Shown here piece after piece: positions 39,254-49,757 of a stretch of 64,000 bases of DNA. The notes below the pieces were generated by a model that saw only the letters and a program-made list of their open reading frames with translations, had not been told where the DNA came from and searched no databases. Position 1 is the first letter of the stretch; every line of letters begins with the position of its first letter. Made by a program: the position numbers and the translations under genes. This DNA is from an uncultured Actinomycetes bacterium (GTDB taxonomy: Bacteria; Actinomycetota; Aquicultoria; Subteraquimicrobiales; CAMTWV01), in NCBI GenBank assembly GCA_947085535.1, contig CAMTWV010000002.1, forward strand, positions 94,199-158,198. Direction: 5' to 3'.

Positions 39254-39734
39254 CCATTCGTTTTCGTTTTAAGTCAATTTTTTTAATTACTTCTTTAATG
39301 GCAGGTATTAAAATTTCGGTTTGTTCATTCGAAATCACGTAAACATCATTTGCCGGCGTTTTTATTATCTCCTTGATTATACCAAGAAGTTCGCCTTCTT
39401 CCGTAAAAACATCAAGACCAATGATTTGGTAAATCCAGAAGTGTCCTTTGGGCAATTTTTTTGTTTCGTTAGACGGGACTTCGAGCCAATATTCGACAAT
39501 TTCATTTGCTTCGCCTCGATTATTAATTTCTTCAAATTTAACCAGTCCGAAATCGCCCCTAAAAGAAGCATGTTCAACTTTGAGGGTTTGATATTTGCCG
39601 TGTGGCGGATAAACATAGAATATTTGTCCTTTGGCAAATCTTTCAGGAAAATCTGTGTGGCTTGCCACTTTAGTCAAGCCTTTTGTGCCATGAACAGAAA
39701 CAATTTTACCGACAGCTATGAACTCATCAGCCAT
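39225..39734 (-). CDS. rimM: Ribosome maturation factor RimM.
   Basis: 169 aa. HGTKGLTKV...TDFPERF signature. No purine-rich SD upstream (AT-rich tandem ACAATTT-like repeats instead). Confidence 0.9.
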   Translation of the reverse strand: MADEFIAVGKIVSVHGTKGLTKVASHTDFPERFAKGQIFYVYPPHGKYQTLKVEHASFRGDFGLVKFEEINNRGEANEIVEYWLEVPSNETKKLPKGHFWIYQIIGLDVFTEEGELLGIIKEIIKTPANDVYVISNEQTEILIPAIKEVIKKIDLKRKRMVVSRIPGLF

Positions 39735-39769
39735 ACTATCATTATTAATTGTAAATTGAAAATTGTAAA

Positions 39770-39995
39770 TTGTAAAAAACAGTTAGCAGATGGCAGATAG
39801 CTTATGGGAGAGGGATTAGTGAAGAGAGAGGAGTCTGGAGGAAAAAATCTTTTAGTATCCCTTTAGACTTCCTGCCTGCCCTGTCTGCCGACAGGCAGGC
39901 ATCAGACACGGTAGACCCATCCCTTTTCCCTAAATTAACTGGAAGCTGGTAACTGTGCTATTAGCTATCGAGGCTGTAAAGCTGAGCTATGTCGC
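39770..39995 (-). repeat. Copy D (inverted) of the composite intergenic repeat, inserted between khpA and rimM. Its reverse complement aligns end to end with copy A (256-414) but additionally carries a 45-nt GC hairpin module (39871-39911).
   Basis: Reverse complement of 39808-39842 = cctccagactcctctctcttcactaatccc. gtctaaagggatactaaaag matches copy A gtctaaagggatattaaag. Hairpin tgtctgcc-gaca-ggcaggca (8 bp). Confidence 0.6.
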
Positions 39996-40035
39996 TATGT
40001 CGAGAGACGATTGAAATAAAGAAGGCGGATAAAAA

Positions 40036-40266
40036 TCAATCGATAATTTCAACAATTGCTCTTTTGTTTTCTTTAGCTGCGGCAGCTCCCACAATTACTC
40101 TAAGGGCTTTAGCTATCCTTCCCTCTTTACCGATTACTTTACCAATGTCGTCGGGAGCAACTTTTAATTGCAAAATGACAGATTTCGCACCTTCTACTAT
40201 GCTAACATCAACTTCCTCGGGAGTGTCCACAAGCGCTCGGGCTAACGTCTCTAACAGTTCTTTCAA
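40036..40266 (-). CDS. khpA: KH-domain RNA-binding protein KhpA (YlqC).
   Basis: 76 aa. VIGKEGRIAKALRVIV KH GXXG motif. rpsP-khpA-rimM synteny. Confidence 0.88.
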   Translation of the reverse strand: MKELLETLARALVDTPEEVDVSIVEGAKSVILQLKVAPDDIGKVIGKEGRIAKALRVIVGAAAAKENKRAIVEIID

Positions 40267-40320
40267 CTCAGCACCTCCTATTCTTTCTCAACGGGTTTCG
40301 CTTTGGTTGACGCCTTGGAT

Positions 40321-40677
40321 TTAGACGGTTTTTTTTGCCTCAACAGTCTTTTTTGCTGGAGCTTTTTTAGCGGTAACTTTTTCTTCTGGCAACTTTTCTT
40401 TTGACTCTACTTTCTTTTCTACTTTTTTTGTAGGAAGAGCTATATTTGCAATTTTAAGCAGCTTTTCCACTGTATTAGTAGGTTTCGCTCCTTGCGAAAG
40501 CCATAATAACGCTCTTTCTTCATCCATTTTCACAAAGGAGGGTTCTTGCCTCGGATCATATTGACCAATGATTTCGATAAATCTACCATCTCTCGGCATC
40601 CGAGAATCTGCTATAACAACACGGTAAAATGGCTTATTCTTGCTGCCCCCTCTGCTTAATCTGATTTTGACTGCCAA
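40321..40677 (-). CDS. rpsP: 30S ribosomal protein S16 with a Lys/Ala-rich C-terminal tail.
   Basis: [21 protein letters not shown] signature. Confidence 0.95.
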   Translation of the reverse strand: MAVKIRLSRGGSKNKPFYRVVIADSRMPRDGRFIEIIGQYDPRQEPSFVKMDEERALLWLSQGAKPTNTVEKLLKIANIALPTKKVEKKVESKEKLPEEKVTAKKAPAKKTVEAKKTV

Positions 40678-40695
40678 TCACTCACCTCCTTATTC

Positions 40696-42030
40696 TTATT
40701 TCATAAACGGAAAAAACTTTTTACCAAAAGGTACACGATTAATTTTACCAAACTGTTTCACTATTTTACGCATTTGTTCAAATTGTTTCAATAACTGATT
40801 TACATCCTGAATGGTTACACCACTTCCCTGCGCAATCCGAGCTCGTCTGTTTCCGTTTAAGATGTTTGAATTTTTTCTTTCCTCTGGCGTCATCGATTGG
40901 ATGATTGCCTGAGTACGCACAAAATATTTTTCATCTACTCGGGTATCATTGCTTTTTAATTTATCTAAACCGGGAAGCATTTCAAAAATCTGGTTAACAG
41001 GACCCATTTTCCTCAAGTCTTCAATTTGACTTAAAAAATCTTCCAAAGTTAGCTCTTGCTTTTTTAATTTATCTTCAATTTGTTTAGCTTTTTCGAGGTC
41101 GATTACCTCTTCAGCTTTTTCTACGAGTGTAAGAACATCGCCAAATCCTAAAATACGAGAGGCAATTCTATCAGGATAAAATATTTGCAAGCTATTAGAT
41201 TTTTCTCCAAAGCTAGCAAAATAAATTGGTTTTCCTGTGATGGATTTAACTGAAAGAGCAGCTCCACCGCGGGCATCACCATCAAGTTTGGTCATAATTA
41301 ATCCGTCTATTCCCACTTGCTCATTAAACGAAGAAGCAATATTTACAGCATCTTGACCTGTCATGGCATCGACAACCAAAAGTATGTAATGCGGGTGAAC
41401 CTCCTGTTTTATTCTAAGAAGCTCGTCTAACATTTCTTTATCAATATGAAGACGTCCAGCAGTATCTAAAATTACCGCGTCATAAAAGCCTGAAGAGGCT
41501 TCGCTTACTCCCTTTCGGGCAATTTCAACAGGAGATGTTTTTGGTCCCAATGAAAAAAATGGAACAGAAATTTCTTCACACAAAGTTTTTAGCTGGTCAA
41601 TAGCTGCGGGACGATAAATATCTGCTGCTATTAATAGAGTCTTTTTGTTTTGTTTTTTTAAAAAGTAAGCCAACTTTGCTGCTGTTGAAGTTTTTCCTGA
41701 ACCTTGAAGTCCGACAAGCATAAAAATGGTGGGCGGTTTAGAGGAGTAAGAAACTTTTTGAGGTGTGTTTCCCAGTAGCTCCACAAGTTCATCATGAACA
41801 ATTTTTATTATTTGTTGAGAAGGAGTCAGGCTTTTTGTAATTTCAGTTTTTTCTATTTTTCCTCTGATGTTTGAAATAAAATCTTTGACAACTTTAAAAT
41901 TGACATCGGCTTCGAGCAAAGCCAGTCGAATTTCTCTCAAGGTCTCATCAATGTCTTTTTCATTAATAAAACCGCGACTGCGAAGCTTTCGAAAAGTTTC
42001 ATTTAATCGTGAGGATAAGAGGTCAAACAA
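40696..42030 (-). CDS. ffh: Signal recognition particle protein Ffh.
   Basis: N, G (GLQGSGKTST) and M domains. 444 aa. Confidence 0.95.
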   Translation of the reverse strand: MFDLLSSRLNETFRKLRSRGFINEKDIDETLREIRLALLEADVNFKVVKDFISNIRGKIEKTEITKSLTPSQQIIKIVHDELVELLGNTPQKVSYSSKPPTIFMLVGLQGSGKTSTAAKLAYFLKKQNKKTLLIAADIYRPAAIDQLKTLCEEISVPFFSLGPKTSPVEIARKGVSEASSGFYDAVILDTAGRLHIDKEMLDELLRIKQEVHPHYILLVVDAMTGQDAVNIASSFNEQVGIDGLIMTKLDGDARGGAALSVKSITGKPIYFASFGEKSNSLQIFYPDRIASRILGFGDVLTLVEKAEEVIDLEKAKQIEDKLKKQELTLEDFLSQIEDLRKMGPVNQIFEMLPGLDKLKSNDTRVDEKYFVRTQAIIQSMTPEERKNSNILNGNRRARIAQGSGVTIQDVNQLLKQFEQMRKIVKQFGKINRVPFGKKFFPFMK

Positions 42031-42044
42031 AGTCGTCTCCTTAT

Positions 42045-42971
42045 TTACTCTGACAAGAGGGCTTCCGTGAATTCATCAGGATTAAATTCACGCAAATCTT
42101 CCAAGCCCTCACCTATGCCAATTAGTTTAATGGGTATTTTTAGTTCGTCCTGAATAGCTATAACTATGCCGCCTCTGGCTGTACCGTCAAGCTTAGTCAG
42201 AATTATTCCATCAATACCCAGAGTTTCTTGAAAAACTTTTGCCTGGGTAATTCCGTTGTGTCCTGTCGTAGCATCAACCACAAGAAGTGTTTTTAAGTTC
42301 GCCTTGGGTGCCTCGCATTCAATTATGCGTTTAACCTTTTTTAGTTCTTCCATTAAATTTAAATAAGTATGCAGTCTTCCGGCCGTATCGATTAATAAAA
42401 CATTTGCTTTTCGGGCAAGTGCAGCGTGTACAGCATCAAAAGCTACAGCCGAAGGATTAGCGCCGCGTTTATGGCAAACACACTCAATGTCTAATTTTTT
42501 TGCCCAGACTTGAAGCTGTTCAATAGCAGCAGCCCTAAAAGTATCCGATGCGCAAAGTATTGGTTTTAAGTTTTTTTGCTTCACCTGATGGGCCATTTTT
42601 GCAATGGTAGTGGTTTTACCTGTGCCATTAACTCCCACAATTAAGAAGACATTTAGCTGATTGTCCTTTAAAAGTACATCCTCTTCCTTTCTTAAAATGG
42701 TTATTAATTCCCCCTTTAGATACTCCAAAATTTCCGGAGGATTTTTTAATTCGCCTCTTTTAACTTTCTCTTTTAAGTTGGAGACAAGCTTTATAGTAGT
42801 AGTCACACCTACATCAGCCCCAAGGAGTATTTCTTCGACTTTTTCCCAAACATGTTCTTCGAAACGAGTAAGTCGAGGAAAAATAGAAGAAAGCTCATGC
42901 GTAAGATTCTCGCGACTTTTTCTCAATCTTCTCTTAAGTTTTTCAAACAATTTTTCATCGGTAATTTTCAT
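42045..42971 (-). CDS. ftsY: SRP receptor FtsY (short form, NG domains only).
   Basis: GVNGTGKTTT, DTAGR motifs. 308 aa. Confidence 0.93.
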   Translation of the reverse strand: MKITDEKLFEKLKRRLRKSRENLTHELSSIFPRLTRFEEHVWEKVEEILLGADVGVTTTIKLVSNLKEKVKRGELKNPPEILEYLKGELITILRKEEDVLLKDNQLNVFLIVGVNGTGKTTTIAKMAHQVKQKNLKPILCASDTFRAAAIEQLQVWAKKLDIECVCHKRGANPSAVAFDAVHAALARKANVLLIDTAGRLHTYLNLMEELKKVKRIIECEAPKANLKTLLVVDATTGHNGITQAKVFQETLGIDGIILTKLDGTARGGIVIAIQDELKIPIKLIGIGEGLEDLREFNPDEFTEALLSE

Positions 42972-45900
42972 ACTGCTTCACGCTCAGCGTTAAGTTTTTG
43001 TGAAATCAGTTTGGAAACACCATCAGCCTGCATGGTTGTGCCATAAATTGTGTCAGCCATTTCCATGGTTCGTTGCTGATGGGTGATGATTAGAAACTGA
43101 GTTTTGTCCTTTAACCTTAATAAAAGATTAATGAAGCGCTGAAGATTAGCTTCATCCAGAGACGCTTCAACTTCATCAAGGATGTAAAATGGGCTAGGCC
43201 TTGTAAAGTATAGGGCAAACAAGAAAGCTAAAGCAGCGAGTGCGGTTTCGCCCCCTGACAAAAGAGAAAGTTTCTGAAGTTTTTTCCCTTGCGGCTGAAT
43301 CTGTATCTCAATTCCTGACTCAAGAAGATTATCTTCTTTTTCTAAAACAATCTCAGCTTTTCCACCGGGAAATAAATAAGAAAAAACGGATTGGAAATTC
43401 TTATTAACTTCAACAAGAGTTTGGGCAAATTTTTCTTTTATTTTTTCATCTATTGCTCTGGTGACTTTTTCTAAAGCTTTTTTGCTATGCGATAAGTCAT
43501 TTATTTGTTCGTTCAAGAATTCATAACGCTCATCAAGCTCTTTAAATTCCTCAAGCGCCATGGGATTAACAGGACCCAGACTGCTTATTTTGCGCTTAAT
43601 TTCGCCAATTTTAGTCTGGCACTCAGAGTAAGAAATTTTTAGAGGATAATTTTCAAGTGCTTTCTCGAGCGGCGTATCGTATTCATCGACAATTTTTTCA
43701 ACAGCTGAGGTGATTTGTCCTTCCAACTGCACCCGACTTAATTCTTTTAAGCGTAAATCTTCTTGAAGTGTCTCTTTTTTTGCCTCGCATCCCTCTTTTT
43801 CTTCTTTAAGTTTTTTGAAAGCCCGCCTGATTTCTTCAAAGAATGTTTCATCCCCTGAAGCAATATCAGTCAGTTTCGCCGCCCACCAGTTTCCTTTTTC
43901 GTATAGGGCGGTAAAGAGCTCATAAGTGGGTTGTATGCGACCGACTAAAACTTCAAGCGCTTGAGAAATTTTGTGTTCGGATTCAGTTAAACTTTCAATT
44001 TCTCTTAAATCCTGATTTAATTTTTCTTTTTGCTGGTTTAGATGATTTTTTTGATTGACCAGCGATTTTAAATTAACTTCATTTTCCATTATTTTATGGC
44101 TGAGAGTAAGTTCTTCTTTATGGTTTGCATTTAATTCAACTTTGAAAACCTGGAGAGCTTCCTTTGCTTCATCTATTTTTGCTACAATATTTTTACTTTC
44201 TTTTGAGAAATTTTCTTTTGTGGTTTTGTCAATCTTTATTTCTTCACCAAGTTTATTTGACTCATTTTCAGCTTTTACTAAGTTATCTTTAAGCTTAATT
44301 AAGTCAGCCTCAAAATTGTGTATAGTCACTTTAAGAATTTCAATTTGAGAAGACTCATTGTTTAGCTTTTGTTGATATGAAGCTAAATTTTCTTTTGTTT
44401 GAGCGAGCCTTTCTTTATCTTTTTTAATTTCTGCCTCTAAAGTTGAAATCCCATGAGTTAATTTATTTTTTTCATCTTCAAGTGCTGTAAGCTCTCTTTT
44501 TCTATTTAAGATTTCCGAGGAATTGTTGCCAGCGATATTCCCGTAGCTTATTTTAAATGGGCAAAACACTTTGCCATTAGTTGTAACAAAAGTTAAATCA
44601 GAGCTTGTTTTATCGCTTAAACAACTGTCTTCGTTGATCAAATAAATATCTCTGGTTAGATACTCAATCGCCGATTTAAATTTTTCGTTTATTTCAATAA
44701 CGTCGCTTAATTTTTGTCCATTTGATTTGTGAGTATCAGGCATAGGAAGATTATTTATTGGAAGAAAAGAGATACCGCCCTGAATCGAGTTTCTTCGAAT
44801 AAGCCCAAGAGCATTTAAAGCCGTTTCTTTTGTGTCGCAAAGCACTGTGAATAAGTCAGGACCTAAAGCTGCCTCCAAAGCTTGTTCAAATTTAGGGGAA
44901 ATTTTAATTAAATCAATAAGGCAACCTGCTATGCCTTGAGGTTTGTTTTCTTTTTTTAATAACCAAGCTACTGCCTCAGGATAACCGGTTAAGTTGTTGT
45001 TCATGCCTTGAAGAGCATTGCTTTTTGATTTGCATTCAGCTGATTTTATTTTTAAGTCAGATAACTTCACCAGATGATTGTCTAATTTAAGTTGAACCTT
45101 ATTTAGTTCCTCTTCTAATTGTTTTATTTCTTTCCGGGAGTTTTTAATGTTACCCTCAAACCCTTCTCTTTCTTTGCTTTTAGCTTCAATTAACTTATTT
45201 AGCTCACTTATTTTTGTGAGATTAGAATTTCTTTCCGAGTCGATGAGTTTTAATTTTTCTTCGTTAAGGGTAATTTTTCTGTCAATATCAGATAACTTGT
45301 GCTGAATTTCAGAAAGATAAGCAGTGTTTTTATTAAGCGTCTCTTCCAAATTTTCAATCGTTTCTTCCAGATTAGAGCTTTTCTTAGTTTGATTTTCTTG
45401 AGAATTTTTAAGTTCATTTAAAGTATTTTCAATATGGCTTATTTCTTCCTCTGTTTTTTTCTTTCTATCATTTGTTTCTGTTATCTCTTTGTTCTTTTGG
45501 GTCTTTTGTTTTTCAAGCCGGTAAATTTCCTGCCGAATCTCGCTCATTTTTTCAATTAAGTGTTTACCTTTTTCCTCTAAAAGCAACATACTGCTATGAA
45601 GTCTTTCCTGAATAGCAGCAAGATGTCTTCTTTGTTCACTTAAATTTCCGGTAAAAAGTCTTTTCTCCTCTAAAGAGATCTGAAACTCTTCAATTTGGGT
45701 TTCTTTTTGTTTAAATTCATTTTTAAAAGTTTCAAAGCTTTCTTTTAACTGCTTTTCCTCTAAATTAAGCTTTTCCCATCTCTTTTGCATCTCTTTTAAT
45801 TCGAAAATTGTCTGACTTAGCTCTAACGTTTTTAACTCGTCGGTCAGCTTCTGGTATTCTTGAGCTTTTTCCGCCTGAGATTTTATGGGTCTAAGTTGAC

Positions 45901-46501
45901 GATGTACTTCTTGAGAAATATCTCGAATTCTTGATAGAGTTTGCTCCATTGACTCCAATTTTTTAATTGCCTTTTCTTTCCTTTTCTTATACTTCAATAC
46001 ATGAGCAACTTCCTCAATTAGAAGCCTTTTTTCTTCTGGCTTACTGGTTAAAATTTCTTCTAATTTCCCCTGACTGATAACAGAGTGGCACTCCCTTCCC
46101 ATTGCGGAGTCAGATAATAATTCCTGGATATCAAACAGTCGGCAAGGGGAATTATTTATGAAGTACTCTGAATCACCTGAGCGAAACAGACGGCGGCTAA
46201 TTGTTACCTCAGAAAATTCCAGGGGTATACTTTTATCTGAATTATCCATACAAAGAGTAATCTCGGCTAAGCCTAATGCTGGACGAGCGCTACTACCAGC
46301 AAAAATTACATCTTCCATAGCAGTGCCTCTAAGCGAGCGTGGACTTTGCTCTCCCAGCACCCAGAGGACTGCATCAGAAATATTACTTTTGCCGCTGCCG
46401 TTTGGACCTGCAATTACAGTTATTCCTGGTTTAAACTTTAAAATTGTTTTATCAGCAAAGGATTTAAATCCTTTGAGCGTTAAAGATTTAAGATACATCA
46501 A
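42968..46501 (-). CDS. smc: Chromosome partition protein Smc.
   Basis: Walker A GPNGSGKSN, long coiled coils, hinge, C-terminal LSGGE signature. 1177 aa. Confidence 0.95.
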   Translation of the reverse strand: MMYLKSLTLKGFKSFADKTILKFKPGITVIAGPNGSGKSNISDAVLWVLGEQSPRSLRGTAMEDVIFAGSSARPALGLAEITLCMDNSDKSIPLEFSEVTISRRLFRSGDSEYFINNSPCRLFDIQELLSDSAMGRECHSVISQGKLEEILTSKPEEKRLLIEEVAHVLKYKKRKEKAIKKLESMEQTLSRIRDISQEVHRQLRPIKSQAEKAQEYQKLTDELKTLELSQTIFELKEMQKRWEKLNLEEKQLKESFETFKNEFKQKETQIEEFQISLEEKRLFTGNLSEQRRHLAAIQERLHSSMLLLEEKGKHLIEKMSEIRQEIYRLEKQKTQKNKEITETNDRKKKTEEEISHIENTLNELKNSQENQTKKSSNLEETIENLEETLNKNTAYLSEIQHKLSDIDRKITLNEEKLKLIDSERNSNLTKISELNKLIEAKSKEREGFEGNIKNSRKEIKQLEEELNKVQLKLDNHLVKLSDLKIKSAECKSKSNALQGMNNNLTGYPEAVAWLLKKENKPQGIAGCLIDLIKISPKFEQALEAALGPDLFTVLCDTKETALNALGLIRRNSIQGGISFLPINNLPMPDTHKSNGQKLSDVIEINEKFKSAIEYLTRDIYLINEDSCLSDKTSSDLTFVTTNGKVFCPFKISYGNIAGNNSSEILNRKRELTALEDEKNKLTHGISTLEAEIKKDKERLAQTKENLASYQQKLNNESSQIEILKVTIHNFEADLIKLKDNLVKAENESNKLGEEIKIDKTTKENFSKESKNIVAKIDEAKEALQVFKVELNANHKEELTLSHKIMENEVNLKSLVNQKNHLNQQKEKLNQDLREIESLTESEHKISQALEVLVGRIQPTYELFTALYEKGNWWAAKLTDIASGDETFFEEIRRAFKKLKEEKEGCEAKKETLQEDLRLKELSRVQLEGQITSAVEKIVDEYDTPLEKALENYPLKISYSECQTKIGEIKRKISSLGPVNPMALEEFKELDERYEFLNEQINDLSHSKKALEKVTRAIDEKIKEKFAQTLVEVNKNFQSVFSYLFPGGKAEIVLEKEDNLLESGIEIQIQPQGKKLQKLSLLSGGETALAALAFLFALYFTRPSPFYILDEVEASLDEANLQRFINLLLRLKDKTQFLIITHQQRTMEMADTIYGTTMQADGVSKLISQKLNAEREAV

Positions 46502-46523
46502 TGCCTCTTTGTCAAAGTTGATA

Positions 46524-47237
46524 TTATTTAATTATTTTTAAAGCTTTTAAGACTTCTTTAGCAGCTAACTGTTCAGCCTTCTTTTTACTGCCTGCTTTTC
46601 CCTGTTTTTTTATTTTCGAACCTATGTTTACCTCGACATGGTAAAGTCTATTATGTGGCGGACCTAATTCTGAAATAACTTTATATTCAGGCATAAGCTT
46701 AAATCTTTGAACAGCTTCTTCTTGCAGGGTTGTTTTAAAATCAAAAAACTTATTTTCGCTTGAAAGTTTTTCAATAACTTCGCCAAAGAGTTTTGTTAGA
46801 AACTTCTCCGCTTTCCTTAAACCCTGGTCGAGAAAGATAGCGCCAATAATAGCTTCAAAACAACCACTTAATATTGAAATATTTTCTTTAACCCCAGCGA
46901 GCTCAACACCCTTTCCGGTTTGCACAAAATTTTCCAGATTTAACTTTAGAGCTAATTCGTACAATGTCTCCGAGTTGACTGCTGCTGCTCGCAGTTTGGA
47001 CAGTTCACCCTCATTATAACTGGGGAATCTCGTGTAGATAAACTTGGTTATAGCAAAGTTAAGTACAGAATCCCCTAAAAACTCAAGTCTTTCATAGTTG
47101 TTAATTTTATCTTTAGACTCGAAAACAAACGAACGGTGTGTCAAAGCATTAGATAGAAGAGTTTTATCTTTAAATGAAACATTCAGAGCTTTTTCGGCTT
47201 GCTTAAGCAATTCAATTGAGATCATTTTTTTAATCAA
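46524..47237 (-). CDS. rnc: Ribonuclease III.
   Basis: ERLEFLGDSVL signature plus dsRBD. 237 aa. Confidence 0.93.
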   Translation of the reverse strand: MIKKMISIELLKQAEKALNVSFKDKTLLSNALTHRSFVFESKDKINNYERLEFLGDSVLNFAITKFIYTRFPSYNEGELSKLRAAAVNSETLYELALKLNLENFVQTGKGVELAGVKENISILSGCFEAIIGAIFLDQGLRKAEKFLTKLFGEVIEKLSSENKFFDFKTTLQEEAVQRFKLMPEYKVISELGPPHNRLYHVEVNIGSKIKKQGKAGSKKKAEQLAAKEVLKALKIIK

Positions 47238-48468
47238 GTTGGCGAATGATTATTGCTGCGTTATGACCACCAAAACCAAAAGAGTTAGACATCGCGCACT
47301 TAATCTCTTTCTTAACTGCTTTGTTTGGCACATAATTGAGATCACACAAGGGGTCGGGATATTCAAGATTTATTGTGGGTGGAACAATCCCATTTTTAAT
47401 TACCAGCGCGCAGGCTATCAATTCAAAAGCACCTGCCGCACCCAGAGCATGGCCAGTCATTGATTTAGTCGAGCTTACTAAAAGCTTATAAGCGTGGTCT
47501 CCAAATATATTTTTGATAGCCATTGTTTCAAACTCGTCATTGTATTGCGTGGAAGTTCCATGAGCATTTATATAATCGATATCTTCAGCTATAAGTCCTA
47601 CTTCATCAAGAGCCTGTTGTATAGCACGAGCAGCACCTTCGCCATCCGGAGAAGGTGAGGTTATGTGATAAGCATCGCCCGTTGCCCCGTAACCAACAAT
47701 TTCACCATAGATATGAGCGTCACGAGAAAGTGCGCTTTCTAAAGTTTCCAAAATTAAAATCCCTGCGCCCTCAGCAATAACAAAACCATCACGCTTGGTA
47801 TCAAAAGGACGACTGGCTTTTTGAGGCTCATCATTTCGAGTTGAGAGTGCTCTTGCCGCACAAAAACCAGCTACTCCTAACGGGGTAACCCCGGCCTCTG
47901 TACCACCTGTAATGCAGATATCAATGGCACCTCGTTTAATGGCTTCAAAAGCTTCCCCGATTGCATGGGTGCCGGAAGCACAAGCAGTGACTGTACAAAG
48001 ATTGATACCCTTTGCGCCCGTAGATATTGAGACATAACCGGCAGCCAAATCGCAAATCATCATGGGTACAAGGAAGGGGCTGACACGCTTAACTCCCTTT
48101 TCGAGTAAGATTTTGTGCTGGGCTTCGAGGGTACCCAGTCCACCGATACCCGAGCCAATAATAACACCTGTCTCATTGGCAATTTCGGGTGTTATTTTTA
48201 ATTTTGCGTCTTCTAAAGCTAATTGGGCGGCTGCCACGGCAAAATGACAGAAGCGGTCCATTCTTCTAATCTCGCGTTCGTCAATGAAGTTTTTAGGCTC
48301 AAAGTCTCTAACCTCACCGGCAATTTGGGATGGATATTCAGAAGCATCAAACAAGGAAATCTTATCAATTCCAGATTTTCCTTCTACCAAAGATTGCCAG
48401 TAAGTATCTTTTCCGATGCCAATTGGGGTAATTGGACCAATGCCTGTAACGACTACTCTTCGATTCAA
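47230..48468 (-). CDS. fabF: 3-oxoacyl-ACP synthase II.
   Basis: Active-site Cys (TACASG) and His-His. 412 aa. Confidence 0.93.
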   Translation of the reverse strand: MNRRVVVTGIGPITPIGIGKDTYWQSLVEGKSGIDKISLFDASEYPSQIAGEVRDFEPKNFIDEREIRRMDRFCHFAVAAAQLALEDAKLKITPEIANETGVIIGSGIGGLGTLEAQHKILLEKGVKRVSPFLVPMMICDLAAGYVSISTGAKGINLCTVTACASGTHAIGEAFEAIKRGAIDICITGGTEAGVTPLGVAGFCAARALSTRNDEPQKASRPFDTKRDGFVIAEGAGILILETLESALSRDAHIYGEIVGYGATGDAYHITSPSPDGEGAARAIQQALDEVGLIAEDIDYINAHGTSTQYNDEFETMAIKNIFGDHAYKLLVSSTKSMTGHALGAAGAFELIACALVIKNGIVPPTINLEYPDPLCDLNYVPNKAVKKEIKCAMSNSFGFGGHNAAIIIRQLD

Positions 48469-49445
48469 TTTCTACCCATCCTTGAAGCCGCTTCATTAAA
48501 CTCGTTAATTAAATTCGCCATTATTTCCTTAACAGAAAGAACTTCTTTAATCTCAGACACTCTTTCGCCAATGGTAAAGAGACCTTTTATTACGTCTCCT
48601 TGCTGGGCTTTTTCGAGAGCCTCGATTATGCAGTAGTTTTTCTTGCAATCCTGCAAACATTGGCGGCATCTGACAAGGGTATCTTTGCCAGGAATAGGAA
48701 CTTTCCCTTCCCTTAAGTTTTTAACAAATGTGCTTACGACTGCCCTAAAAGGCATTCCGACAGGACTTTCAATTATCGTAACATTTTCTTTTTCTGCTTC
48801 TAAACAAATCTTTTTCCATTCATCGGCGCCGCTTGCTTCTTTACTTAAAGAAAATCTTGTCCCCATCTGTACACCCTTAGCACCCAAACTTAGTGCTTTG
48901 GCTATGTCGAATCCGCCAATTATTCCGCCTGCAGCAATTAACGGTAACTTCACGCTATTTATAATCTCAGGCAATATGGAAAAGAGTGTTTTGTCTGTGC
49001 CAAGATGTCCGCCTGCCTCAAAACCTTCAATTATAATAGCGGGTGGATCAAATTTTTCTGCCAATTTAGCTGCTTTCAATGACGAAACAACAGGTAAAAA
49101 TGGTATGTTTGCTTCGCGACAACGTTTAAAGGCTTCGCGCGAAAACCCGGCGCCTGAAACCACCAAATCGACTTTTTCCCTGATTGAAGTCTCGAGAAGG
49201 TCGCTAAAGTTTTTTAGAGCCACCATGATATTCACGCCAATTATTCTGTCAGTTAACAAACGAGCCTCTCTGATATGTTTAGCAAGCTCATTGCTTTTTA
49301 ACCCTGAACCGGCTATTAACCCAATGCCTCCTTCATTAGCTACAGCAGCAGCAAGTGGTGCTAACGAAATTCTAACCGCCATACCTCCTTGTATAACTGG
49401 AAGTGGCGCTTCTAAATTTCCAATTTTTAAAGTAGGAAGTTTCAC
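48465..49445 (-). CDS. fabK: Enoyl-ACP reductase II (FabK, NPD/FMN family).
   Basis: 2-nitropropane-dioxygenase-like TIM barrel (GGMAVRISLAPLAAAVANEGGIG). Position inside the fab operon. Confidence 0.8.
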   Translation of the reverse strand: MKLPTLKIGNLEAPLPVIQGGMAVRISLAPLAAAVANEGGIGLIAGSGLKSNELAKHIREARLLTDRIIGVNIMVALKNFSDLLETSIREKVDLVVSGAGFSREAFKRCREANIPFLPVVSSLKAAKLAEKFDPPAIIIEGFEAGGHLGTDKTLFSILPEIINSVKLPLIAAGGIIGGFDIAKALSLGAKGVQMGTRFSLSKEASGADEWKKICLEAEKENVTIIESPVGMPFRAVVSTFVKNLREGKVPIPGKDTLVRCRQCLQDCKKNYCIIEALEKAQQGDVIKGLFTIGERVSEIKEVLSVKEIMANLINEFNEAASRMGRN

Positions 49446-49462
49446 TTTTTTCTCCTGTTTAA

Positions 49463-49699
49463 CTATTGTTTTTTGCTTTCGATGTAATTAACAGCATCGC
49501 CAACGGTGACAATCTTTTCAGCATCTTCGTCAGAAATTTCGATGCCAAATGATTCCTCGAGAGCCATTACAAGCTCAACAATATCGAGCGAATCAGCACC
49601 AAGGTCGTCAACAAAGGCTGTTTTTTCAGTGACTTCACTTACCTCCACACTTAGTTGGTCAGCAATTATATCCTTTACTTTTTCAAAAATAGCCGACAT
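49463..49699 (-). CDS. acpP: Acyl carrier protein.
   Basis: 78 aa. DLGADSLD phosphopantetheine site. Confidence 0.95.
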   Translation of the reverse strand: MSAIFEKVKDIIADQLSVEVSEVTEKTAFVDDLGADSLDIVELVMALEESFGIEISDEDAEKIVTVGDAVNYIESKKQ

Positions 49700-49757
49700 A
49701 AATTCACCTCCTTATCTAACAGAAATTGCAAATTGACTTTTGACTTCCAACTACCTA

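Noticed and set aside
39321-39800. 159-aa plus-strand ORF overlapping rimM
   Set aside because: Antisense to the conserved rimM. Its composition simply mirrors the AT-rich antisense sequence. Shadow ORF.
48643-49491. 282-aa plus-strand ORF
   Set aside because: Lies antisense across fabK and fabF. Low-complexity S/L/P/A-rich translation with no motifs. Both sense genes are strongly conserved, so this is a typical shadow ORF.
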